Below, piece after piece: positions 53,356-64,000 of a stretch of DNA of 64,000 nucleotides; position 1 is the first letter of the stretch; every line of letters begins with the position of its first letter. The translations under genes were made by a program, and so were the position numbers. This stretch comes from Octopus vulgaris (taxonomy: Eukaryota): assembly GCA_951406725.2 (NCBI GenBank), contig OX597823.1, positions 76,074,001-76,138,000 on the forward strand, read 5' to 3'. The notes beneath the pieces are model-generated. The model saw nothing but the letters and a program-made list of their open reading frames with translations, was not told the DNA's origin and did not search any database.

Positions 53356-53647
53356 ATATATAAGAATTTTTTTTTGCGTAATGAGATAAAAAAAAACCAA
53401 GGCTGTGTAGATATTAGAACATTATAGATAGGTCTTACAGCTGATTCTAGGATATTTATTAATTATATAATTATATCCCTTCATCGGAGACGGTGTTATT
53501 ACTTAACCATCGTCTCAGACCGTCTCCGATGAAGGGATATAATTAATAAATAGCCTAGAAACAGCTGTAAGACCTTCTATCTATAAATGTTCTAATATCT
53601 ACACACCTTTGGTTTTTTATCTCATTACGCAAAAAAATTCTTATATA
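53356..53647. mobile_element. Fold-back element with a hammerhead-like motif in each arm
   Basis: Arms 53356-53494 and 53519-53647 are reverse complements. Confidence 0.92.
53522..53573 (+). ncRNA. Minimal (PLE-type) hammerhead ribozyme with palindromic stem III and a U4C core variant
   Basis: GTCT-CCGATGA-AGG...CCTA-GAAA-CAGCTG-TA-AGAC. The mirror copy at 53432-53491 (-) has GAAT instead of GAAA. Confidence 0.7.
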
Positions 53648-53778
53648 CACATGCTGACATATGACCAATGTTTAACCCCTTATTCGCAAAATCCCCGAAC
53701 CTGGAACTTAACTATGGTCTATCTATAGCACTTATTCAGCATTACCTGACACCTTTGGGTCTCAATTACCTCTTATAA

Positions 53779-53833
<55 letters not shown>

Positions 53834-54849
53834 CAGGTTTGGCCAAGAGGTCATCTGACAGTAAATAAAATTTCCATAAATACTTAATATTCATTTTCAT
53901 TTATTCATTCCAAGTATGAATGTTTAATAATTGAATGAATGCGGTGAGTTAAAATCACATACTATATATATATACATATATATGTGTGTGTGTGTGTGTG
54001 CAGACACACAACTATTTGTTGGGACTCAGTTTGCTCGAAACAATCTAATTGCTGATATTCTCGTCAATGTTTCAATGAACGTGATTCAGAAACAAGGCGG
54101 AACAAAATCGATTCTATTTTAGCTGCCTTAAATGACGCACGTTTTGGTGAATGGGGAATATGTATTTGTCTCCATCAGTTTAAAGATGCGCTGTCATGTG
54201 TGCAAAATTTTAACGTTAATTCAAAGACATTCACTCAGTTTTAATTTAAATATTTTTGCCTGGCTTCTCTCTATGTAAGGCTCATAATACACGGCAAAAT
54301 ACCCAAACTACTTTATTTTTGTTTTTACGGCTGAGTGAAATAACAGTTTTCTTACAATACAAATATATTATCTGAGTTTGTAGAACAAATATTTATGAAC
54401 GTTCACATTGACACATTGATGATATAGTAAATTAAGATACGACTTATTCCATCCATGAATTATGTCTTCTTTCAAACCTGTACTACCAAGCTATATATAG
54501 TTATTGGTGCATCATTACAGCCAGCAGGTGAAAAGATATATTTTTCTGTTACGTAGAAAATAATATGAAAACACATACAACACTCTTTATATTGCTATCA
54601 CTAACAACAGTCATTTCATTTCCAGCACATGAGAGAAAAGACAGATGGGGGCAGATGTTGAAGCTTAGTTAGAATGAATTTATATTCTAAATCTTCTGCA
54701 TAAAAGATTTTCTGCATCACGAGAAAGAAGTGGTAGATGCAATTGACTTTATGGCTAACAAAGCATGAGTGAATAGGAGTTAGATACATAATGCATGAAC
54801 AGAAATCATTAACATAAATGTTAAGAGAGTGGAAGACAAGAAACAAATG

Positions 54850-56850
54850 AGAACACGTGCAGAGTAATTCTTCAGAAACAACACGAAATGTTACCCTCAG
54901 AAATTGAGCCATCTAGTCAAGAACACAACGTACAGATTTCGATTTCCCCCAAGCCTGTATGAGATTCATGAATTACTAACAATACCGAAAGTGGAACTGT
55001 ACATCATTAAAGAGAAATTTCTGATGAAAACGAATCAATGATAAACCGAATGGATTTGATATCAGAAATTTAACACAGTGAGGCGAAGAGAGTCTTGCAA
55101 AACTTAAAAGACTTGTTCGCTTGTTCACTTACTGAAAATACTTTTGACCATTAGTGAGCAGCATTTTTTATGAGTCGACATCAGAGGAATCATAAGCGTG
55201 AACTGTTTGAAATAGATAGCCTTGTTTGGAGTTTTAAGAAGAAAATCTTATTTTGTTTTTACGTTTATATAACTGTTTTGCAAGTTTTTGATGTAAAATC
55301 GTGTGTTGAAACGGATATTGCTGTATTTAGGAATGATCATTTTGCCAGTTTAGCCAATAAAAACACACGCACGACGGTTAGTAAGGAGAGACACACAAAT
55401 AAGAAAGGAAAAAGCCAAGGACCATTGATGCGGTCACAGGAGTGTGACGAAAGAAATCTGGCCGAAGTAAAATTAAGATTAATATAAAAAATTAAAAAAC
55501 GCTGAAGCAAAGTAACACCAAATATATAGTGCGTGTGTTTTTTATTGGCTAAACTGGCAAAATGGCCATTCCTAAATACAAAAATACTTATTTTGTTTAT
55601 CTTGTCGCATATTTAAAAATGGTGGAATTATGTCTGCTGTTTTAAAAGAGAATGAATAATCCGCCACATAAATATGGAGAAAGTTGTGCTTGTATTTCTG
55701 AACATAAATGTAATAACCATAAACTGATTCTCGTATCATGGAGAAAGCTCGAATGGACAGTTGTATTGAACATTTACTGCATAAACAAATTGTAGCAAAG
55801 CAGGCAAACTGGATTAATATTTTACATCGTTTAATTGACATTTTATTTTCAGGTGAAAGTGGGTTAGAATTCCGTACTACCTCTCATATGATTAGCGGTG
55901 TTCACAATGGTAACTTCCTGGGGCTGGCTGAACTCTTGTCTCATTAAGATCGCATACTTGAAGCCCGTGTCAAGAAGGTCAAAGAAAGCCACGAAAAAGG
56001 AGAAAGATTACAAGAACATTATTTGTCAGCTGAATCACAAAACAAATTTATTTCTCTTTGCTCCGCTCTCGTTTGGAAACACACACTCTCAGAAAGATCA
56101 AAGGCATAATACTATTAAATAATATTTGATGCAACACTGATTCTGCACATGTCGTATAGACAACATTTATCATACGTTATCCTTCATTGTATAGATTATG
56201 AGTTTCAGATTCAAGAAATATTTCTCTTTCGAAGAGTGTTATGGAGATAGAGTGTGTTCTGAAATTGTAAACCTCATAAAGGAAGCATTCACAAAAATAG
56301 AATTCTTATGGAAAATTGCAAATGTCAGTGACATAGCATTGGTATTATTACAATAGCCAAATAGAAAGGAGTACGAGAATATTACTTATCGAAATTATTT
56401 CCCTAATTCCTAACCATGTGGATGCAATACATGGAAGTTTTTAAGAAGTAATCACTGGATTTCTGTACTTGCGTACTTACTGTTTTCTCGGAATTATTAA
56501 AATCCTCAATAATGTTATTTTCCTCGATTCCAAAAATGACACAGGCCTGTGACTACCATTGATATCCTACATCAGTTACCTAGTACTCAGCTAGAATTCA
56601 CAGAAGGAAATCTTATGTTCAAATCTCACTGATAACCGTGTATCTCTGCAAGATGTTCTAAAACTAAACTGGCAGCAGAAATGTAATAACATGAGGTTTT
56701 GAAAGCATGTTTTCTTCCAGATACCTATTCTTTTTATCATTCTGGTTCGACAATCTAGCTGCCATTACGAACATGGTAATATTTATTATAAGTAATAGAG
56801 GCCACAGCTGAAATGGTCATCGAAAATGTCCTGTAAATAAATGTTTAAGC
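54850..56850 (+). mobile_element. Degenerate hAT transposon (ZMYM1/TTF-type transposase relic)
   Basis: LVWS..LFCLSCRIF zinc finger; WINILHRLIDILF..GLEFR..HNGNFLGLAELLSHxD; LSAESQNKFI; IIFDAT. Boundaries are approximate. Confidence 0.8.
55261..55580. mobile_element. Asymmetric fold-back element with a hammerhead-like motif, inserted in the hAT relic
   Basis: Inverted arms 55322-55372 / 55529-55580. Motif GGACCA-TTGATGC-G-GTCACA ggag TGTGAC-GAAA-GAAA-TC-TGGCC at 55419-55463. Confidence 0.85.
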
Positions 56851-56919
56851 TATTTTTTTCTCAGAGAATAAACACATATCACTAAGTCTGCAAATTGAAA
56901 TGTATCTATAAGTAAATGT

Positions 56920-57345
56920 TTACTCTTTTACTCTTTTACTCCTTTACTTGTTTCAGTCATTTGACTGCGGCCATGCTGGAGCACCGCCTTTAGTCGAGCA
57001 AATCGACCCCGGGACTTATTCTTTGTAAGCCCAGTACTTATTCTATCGGTCTCTTTTGCCGAAACGCTCAGTGACGGGGACGTAAACACACCAGCATCGG
57101 TTGTCAAGCAATGCTAGGGGGAAAAACACAGACACACAAACACACACACATACACACATACACATATATATATACACATATACGACAGGCTTCTTTCAGT
57201 TTCCGTCTACCAAATCCACTCACAAGGCATTGGTCGGCCCGGGGCTATAGCAGAAGACACTTGCCCAAGATGCCACGCAGTGGGACTGAACCCGGAACCA
57301 TGTGGTTGGTTAGCAAGCTACTTACCACACAGCCACTCCTGCGCC
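56920..57345 (-). mobile_element. SINE family 1, full length
   Basis: Reverse complement of 2981-3385 with (TTTTACTC)n tail. Confidence 0.92.
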
Positions 57346-59432
57346 TGTATGTTTGTGTTTGTTTGTTTTTTCAATGAAAACCTGTCAAGTGATGAAATCC
57401 AGAAAAATGTTCCTGCTGAACCATTCCCCCTAAGAGCTGTTGTTACGTCATTCTCTCGATTGGCTTAACATGAAAATTTTAAACTGTATAGAAAATTTCT
57501 GATATATTTCGTTCCTCTGGCTCTACTTGTTTATACTGGAGAATCTTTTCACCACAAATTGCGTGTTATTTACAGAAGTTCACAAAACTGATGTCAACGT
57601 GAATCTATGACAGTGTGATCGCCTTGAGGAGCTAGGACTTATAAATATGAATTAATTCATCAAAATGTTCAATGACAAGTTGAAAAGCTTCGTTTGGAGC
57701 CACTCCGAGGAACACAAAGAAATGTAAGTTTTCTGTCTTAATGTGGGTAGAAAATTATGGATGCGATTTGTAATCTTTTTTTTTTATTTAAAGGAAATAC
57801 AGCCACAGTTTGTGCGTAGGAGTATTTCACAGATTACAGCATAACTTGAAATGATCAGTCTAATTTTTCTAAACATATTTCACTAATATCAGACTTAATT
57901 AATTAATAATACACAAAATTTCAGGTATATTATCACTAAATATTTCACTTAGTTTAATGTACAGTGTATGATTAATTAATACAATTATATTGAGAGGACA
58001 CAGCTCCGGTTCTAAGGACATGTGATAAGCCGGATTCTTCGAGCCAACCGGCCAAGAACGAAATGGCTGGGTAAGATCAATAGTCTTGGCTGGTTGCGCT
58101 TGGGAATCTAGCCGGAAAAACCCAACAACTGTTGCTCTTAATAAGGCTTTAAGGGGCAGGTATTTGAGGATTCTAACTACGGAACCCTCTCACGGATAAC
58201 TGCCGGAGAAGATAGTTGGTTGGCTGGTTGGATGGAAATTTAAAGTAAGAATGTCTTCTCATGAGAGACTCATTGATAAGTATAGACTAATATACTGAAA
58301 AACTCACAAACCTTTAGATAGACAAAAGATTAATTAAATTATGCGGGCGAGTATGGAAGTGAGTACGGTCCTTAAGAGTTATGACGAGAGTTTGGGATTG
58401 TTTTGGCCTCATCGAATCTCTTTGCTGAAGCAGAATCGACTCAAATTTATCTGACCATAGAGCGATGTGGGAATTACGAAATATGAAACACATTTCGGAT
58501 ATGTATGTATTGTGATGTACATACATGTATAATCTATTTGGAGTTAAAACATTTAGCGTTGACCAGTCTTGCCAAGCCAACATCGCTCTCAGTGTGAAAT
58601 ACCTCTATAGAAAATACATATAGACAAAACCCTACCCACACTAAAAGTAATCTACTCCACTTCGCAATGAATCTTACGCATAGGCCAATCACCTGGAATA
58701 TTTACGTGGTTATTCATGAATCTCTCCATTACCTCGTACCTCATATTACTGCAAACTACCAGGCTATTCGATATTAAAACAGACAATCTTTTGGAGGCTA
58801 TGAGCTTCATGGAAGTATCCAGGATAAATATTGCAATGTTCCCCCGAACTTTGGGGTGTCTACCCACAATGTCATCGAAGAACAGTTCCATTTCCTTCGA
58901 TCCTAAAGAAGGTAACGTATTGCCGTAACTACTTACAAGTGTTCACGACTAATCTGATATCGAAGTCGCTCTCACTACTGAATTCTTAAAATTTCAGAAC
59001 GGATTTTAATACGTTCCATTAGATAATGATAAAGAACCAAGATAGCAATCAGCTTGCTGCAGGTTTCTTTGCTTTCGATCGTTATTTACTCACTTAATTA
59101 TTCTTAATTTAATTCTCTTTAATTTAAAGTACTAATTTGATTCCTCATATCTGTCTTTCAATTGTGTCAGTGTTTATATTCTGTCTCAAAACTGATAAAT
59201 TTTCCATACAAATTCATTTACTATTCTAGAATACAAATTTCTGTGACATTTGTAATTCAGAAAATTATTTCGTTACGATGTTAAAATAGAATGTTTTATT
59301 CCAAATTATATCTTCGGTATATTATTATTTTGCAAAATGATTATTTTAATGTTACTTCTTTTCATTTAATTGAAATATAATTTCAGTTATTTAAATGTTA
59401 TTCTTATAAAATGTTATACGGAGCCATCACAT

Positions 59433-61050
59433 GCAAGGCTCGGCTGAAAAGTTCTTAGGCTGACCAAATGAGGTTTATTTTTCAACATAGTTTCTCTTGC
59501 GGTCCAAACACTTCTTATTTCTTTATTGCCCACAAGGGGCTAAATTCAGAGGGGACAAACAAGGACAGACAAAGGGATGAAGTTGATTACATCGACCCCA
59601 GTGCGTAACTGATACTTAATTTATCGACCCCCCTCCCCGAGAGGATGACAGGCAAAGTCGACCTCGACGGAATTTGAACTCAGAACGTAACGACAGACAA
59701 AATACATATTTCTTTACTACCCACAAGGGGCTAAACACAGAGAGGACAAACAAGGAGCGACAAACGGATTAAGTCGATTATATCGATCCCAGTGCCTAAC
59801 TGGTACTTATTTCATCGATCCCGAAAGGATGAAAGGCAAAGTCGACCTCGGCAGAATTTGAACTCAGAACGTAACGGCAGACAAAATACTATTCAGCATT
59901 TCGCCCGGCGTGCTTACGTTTCTGCCAGCTTCTGCCATACGTGTTCAGCGCTTGGATCCCATTGGTGAAGAGGCTTTCATTCTGTTATTAAAAATTGGCA
60001 TCAACAGTAGATATTATGTCATCACACTGCGATACTGTTTCTCAGCCAAGTGTTTCTTCATGTCAAGAAATAGATGATAATCAGGCGGGATCAAATCAGG
60101 AGAATAGGGAATGTGATCAACCAGTTCAAAGCCACAGCCACGAGCAGCAACCATTGAAACCAAGAACTTGTTTGCTGGTGGAATGTCCTGAAAGATTGCT
60201 CTTGACAGCCTTTCGCAACTGCTTCAGCAAGTTGGTATAGGACTTGCCATTGGTGCTGAGCCCCTTCAAAGGATATTCTGTAAGCACGATGCCTTTTGCC
60301 TCACAAAACACCTGAGGTTGTCAACTTTTTTGCAGATGAAAGCACCTTAGATTTCTTTAGAGTAGATCTCTTTTCACTGCATAGGCTAGCTCTTTGTCTT
60401 TGGCTCAAAGTGATAAACCCAACACTCATCCAGTGTTTGAAAACATTCAATAAAACCAACTAGATCTGCCTGAAATAACATCAGATTCTCCCATGATGTG
60501 ATCAGCCTGGTGCGCTTTTGATCAGGTGTCAGAATACGTGGCACCCACTGAGAGAAAACCTTCATGTCAAGTTAACTGTGCAGAATATTCTCATCTCTCT
60601 CATGATATATACTAGTATACTATTGGATTTATAATAAATCACCGGCCATCCATCACCATGAGGTCAACACAATGAATGGTGGTTGCAGTTGCAAACCTCC
60701 TGATTTGGCCTCATCTTCAAGACTCTCTGTTCCTCTTCTAAATTATGCTGCTTACTTTTGCACTGTTGATAAAATTGGAGTGTCATCCCGTAATGTAGCA
60801 AGTATGTCGACATGAACGTCCTTGGGAGGTGGGGAAAACCATTTTTCAGCGGTACATTGATAACACTATGATGCCTAATTTTGTCCATTTTCATGAAAAG
60901 TGCCTACCAGCTACATTTGAAGTCTTCTTTAGATAGTCAGATGTCAGTTTACTTGAAAGGAAGCAATGCAGTTATTAATTAGAAGAGGTAAAATTAATGT
61001 ATGCAAGATTTCTCAATTCTAGTATTATTCCTTCATAGTCAGCCCATGAA
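59433..61050 (-). mobile_element. Degenerate mariner element
   Basis: Minus strand MDKIRHHSVI, SQWVPR and LDECWVY relics; TIR-like CAAGGCTCGGCTGAAAAGTTC.TAGGCTGAC and GTCAGCCCATGAAGTT...CCTTG. Confidence 0.8.
59516..59929 (-). mobile_element. Tandem (dimeric) SINE family 2 inserted in the mariner
   Basis: Two consecutive units TTTCTTTA..CCCACAAGGGGCTAAA...GAATTTGAACTCAGAACGTAACG. Confidence 0.88.
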
Positions 61051-62366
61051 GTTCTCATTCTATCCTTGTTCACAAACCAATATACAAATTTATGTAAAAT
61101 AATTGAAACATTCTTACTTTGCATTTTTGGCCTCTTTCCCCACTAATATTTAGTTTCTTCTAGTTATTCATATTACACAGATTGTAAATAAAGGATTGTG
61201 TGATCAACGGCTTACCAAAAAATAGACCAGATGTTCCATCTGTTGGTCGTAAAAAGCGATTAAACGCGGTTGAGGTGGGATTTGCAATCCGACCTCGTAA
61301 AACTCACCCCAGCAACGACTATCCAAACAGACCCATGGGATGGAGGGCTATTACCTGAATGGTGCGAAATTTTAATCTACTAGGAGTAGGGAAAATGCCA
61401 ACAAATAGTGAATGCAGCATCGCGTTGTTACAGCGCATTTCCCCATACTGTTATTATTACGCGGATTGTCATACATTTAGACAATCGCAATATTTATCAA
61501 ACTTCCTACTTTCGTTAGCATTGAATTGTCTCAGCTGAGTCACAGAGTTCTCTATCACTACCTTGCATAATTGTCAAATTTTTTTCAAATAAAATTTTAT
61601 ACTCATTTTTTATGATGTATATACAAATATACTTGTCGTTCTTACATATTAAGCGGAATGTAACCATTTTCTGTCAGTCTTTCACGCTACCACACCATCA
61701 CCACCTACTGCAATGTTTTTGCAGAGCCTTCCCGCCACATCTTTCTCCTTTGAGTCCAATAAAATTTTATAATTGCTTGTCATCATTTCATCGCTTCGAA
61801 TATTTCTGTCTGCAAACGCTCATTAAAAAACTATTTTCATTCAACAAACAATGACTTGATTTCTATAATTTAATTGTGATTTAGGTAGAACTTACGAGCT
61901 ACTACGTTCATGTGTATATGTCTGTGTGAATGTGTGTGGATGAAACCATACACCCGTACATACATACATACATACATACATACATACATACATACATACA
62001 TACACTAAAATGTACACACATATATTTATATATATATGAGAAATTTAAGATAAGCACAAGTTAATATCATTAGTTCCTACGTATGTATCGCCACTAATAT
62101 TGCTTAGAAACCGGCATCGGGTGTATCAAGTACATATGGATGCTGGGTCAGAACAGATCATCAGGGAACACTTTATCGCATTAAGTTACAGAGAAATAAT
62201 TGACATTAGTTCATCCTAAAATTCTCCTACATGTACGCTGTATTTCGTAATTAGTAATACTACTAAGTAGTTATTTAAATACTAAACTCGTAACATACTG
62301 GAATATGATAATCTACGGGGAGCTCTAAACACAATACATCTATCGGTACATATATACATATATATA

Positions 62367-62399
<33 letters not shown>

Positions 62400-62402
62400 A
62401 TA

Positions 62403-62810
62403 CCATCATCATCTTCATCATCATCATCATCAACAGCATTTAACACCCGTTGTCCATGCTGGCAGGGTTAGACGGTTTGACCAGAGCTGATAAGCTGAGG
62501 GACTGCACCAGAATCCAGTCAGATGTGACATGGTTTCTACGGCTGGATGCCCTTCTTAACGCCAACTACTCTAAGGGTGTGTTACCGGCAAGGGAGGCAG
62601 TTACGTGACACCAGTATCTTCCACGACTACGATTTCACTTGGCTTGACGGGTTTTCTCAAGCATAGCATATTGCCAGATGTCTCGGTCATTTGTCATGAC
62701 TTCCGAGAGGCCCACCGGCACGGGTCCTAGTTACGCGATACCAGCATCGCCATTTTGCCTCTGTGAGGCCCTACGTTCGAAAGGTGCTTTTTACTTGACA
62801 CCAACAACAT
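62403..62810 (-). mobile_element. SINE/RTE-tail-like repeat with an (ATG)n tail
   Basis: Minus GTTGGCGTTAAGAAGGGCATCCAGCCGTAGAAACC motif, with (CAT)n at the left end. Confidence 0.65.
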
Positions 62811-62928
<118 letters not shown>

Positions 62929-63268
62929 TTTAGTTTCCATCTCTACTTCTGAAATGTAAACGGTTTCTTTCGGTATGTTGACTGTGAACTCACAATTATT
63001 ACTATATTTCGGCTTTTATCTTACATCTGTCTCCATATTTTCTGCCATTTCTTCATAATTCTTTGCTTTGATTTCAGATGTTTCAAATATTCCTTGTGCA
63101 ATAAACCAGACAGCCAACTGTAAACATTCATTTAAGTAAACGATGTAATTCGGAAAACAATGATTCAGTGTGCCTTTTTTTTTTGCTTTTTCTATAGTTC
63201 GTATGACAGCACAAGGGAATAATATACGCATTGTCATATATGCATCTACGTACATACATACGTGCATA

Positions 63269-63570
63269 GGCGTTGCTGTATGGTAAGAAGCTTGCTTCTA
63301 AACCACAAGATTCCAGATTCAGCCCCACTGCGTAGCACGTTGAGCAATTAACTTCTAGTATAGCTTCGGGTCGACTTAAGTGGTGTGAGTGGATTTGGTA
63401 CATAGAAACTAAAAGCCCGTCGTACAAGTGTATATGTGTATGCACGCGCGCGTGTGTGTTTAGTGTGCCTTTTCCTCTGTGTTTTCTCTAGTTCGCTTGA
63501 TAACCGGTGCTGGTGTGCTTAAGCCCCCATGCCTTAGCGATTCGACAAAACAATAAAATATACAATAAAG
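63269..63570 (+). mobile_element. Diverged SINE family 1 copy
   Basis: GCTGTATGGTAAGAAGCTTGC...TTCAGCCCCACTGCGT. Confidence 0.8.
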
Positions 63571-64000
63571 CAACACATTATGCCAGTACTGAGACATGGT
63601 TACTTCCATACCCACGCTTACGGTCCTTTGTGCACACACACACACTCGCTCGTGCGGACAGTTAAGTAGAGGTTATTAAACTGTCCAGCCTAAATCGTAT
63701 CCCGCTGTGAAGCAAGTCACCGCATCGTAGGTTTAGGCTGACTGAGTTAGGGTCCCCATTTTATCCTAAATCTCTTAGTCTCAGCTTGACAAATATATCA
63801 CAACATACGGCTACACATATACAAACATACTTATGTATATATGCATACGCACAGACACACACACACGTATATACAGGTACACATATACATGTATACACAC
63901 ATACGTGACATGCATACACACACAGGTAAACATACACACGTCCACCCACGCATATATATCTACGTGTTCACACAAACATATCACAACATACTCTTATATA

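Noticed and set aside
53832-53880. Tc1/mariner-like TIR TACAGGTTTGGCCAAGAGGTCA
   Set aside because: No partner TIR or convincing transposase relic found.
58000-59050. Possible LINE endonuclease relic (minus NIPGDW)
   Set aside because: A single weak motif; cannot be supported without a search.

Overview
AT-rich, repeat-dense eukaryotic (animal) DNA. The SINEs and microsatellite load resemble an octopod cephalopod, but this is inference from recall, not a database hit. No intact host gene is visible, and most ORFs in the track are microsatellite artefacts. Contents: (i) many tRNA-derived SINEs of at least four families; (ii) a ~8 kb cluster (14.6-22.7 kb) of R4/Dong-clade RLE-LINE fragments in (TAA)n tracts, plus three copies of a ~555-bp non-coding element that also sits in TAA; (iii) an intact-ORF DD37D (maT) Tc1/mariner element and an ORF1-only L1/Tx1-like retroelement, both nested in one SINE copy; (iv) decayed mariner, hAT, RTE, Helitron and Penelope-like (PLE) relics; (v) a recurring set of short head-to-head fold-back elements, several of which carry hammerhead-ribozyme cores (canonical, minimal/palindromic, core-variant and possibly permuted); (vi) a possible decayed EGFR-type receptor L-domain pseudogene near 12.6-13.2 kb. 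All coordinates and pairings were read by eye.
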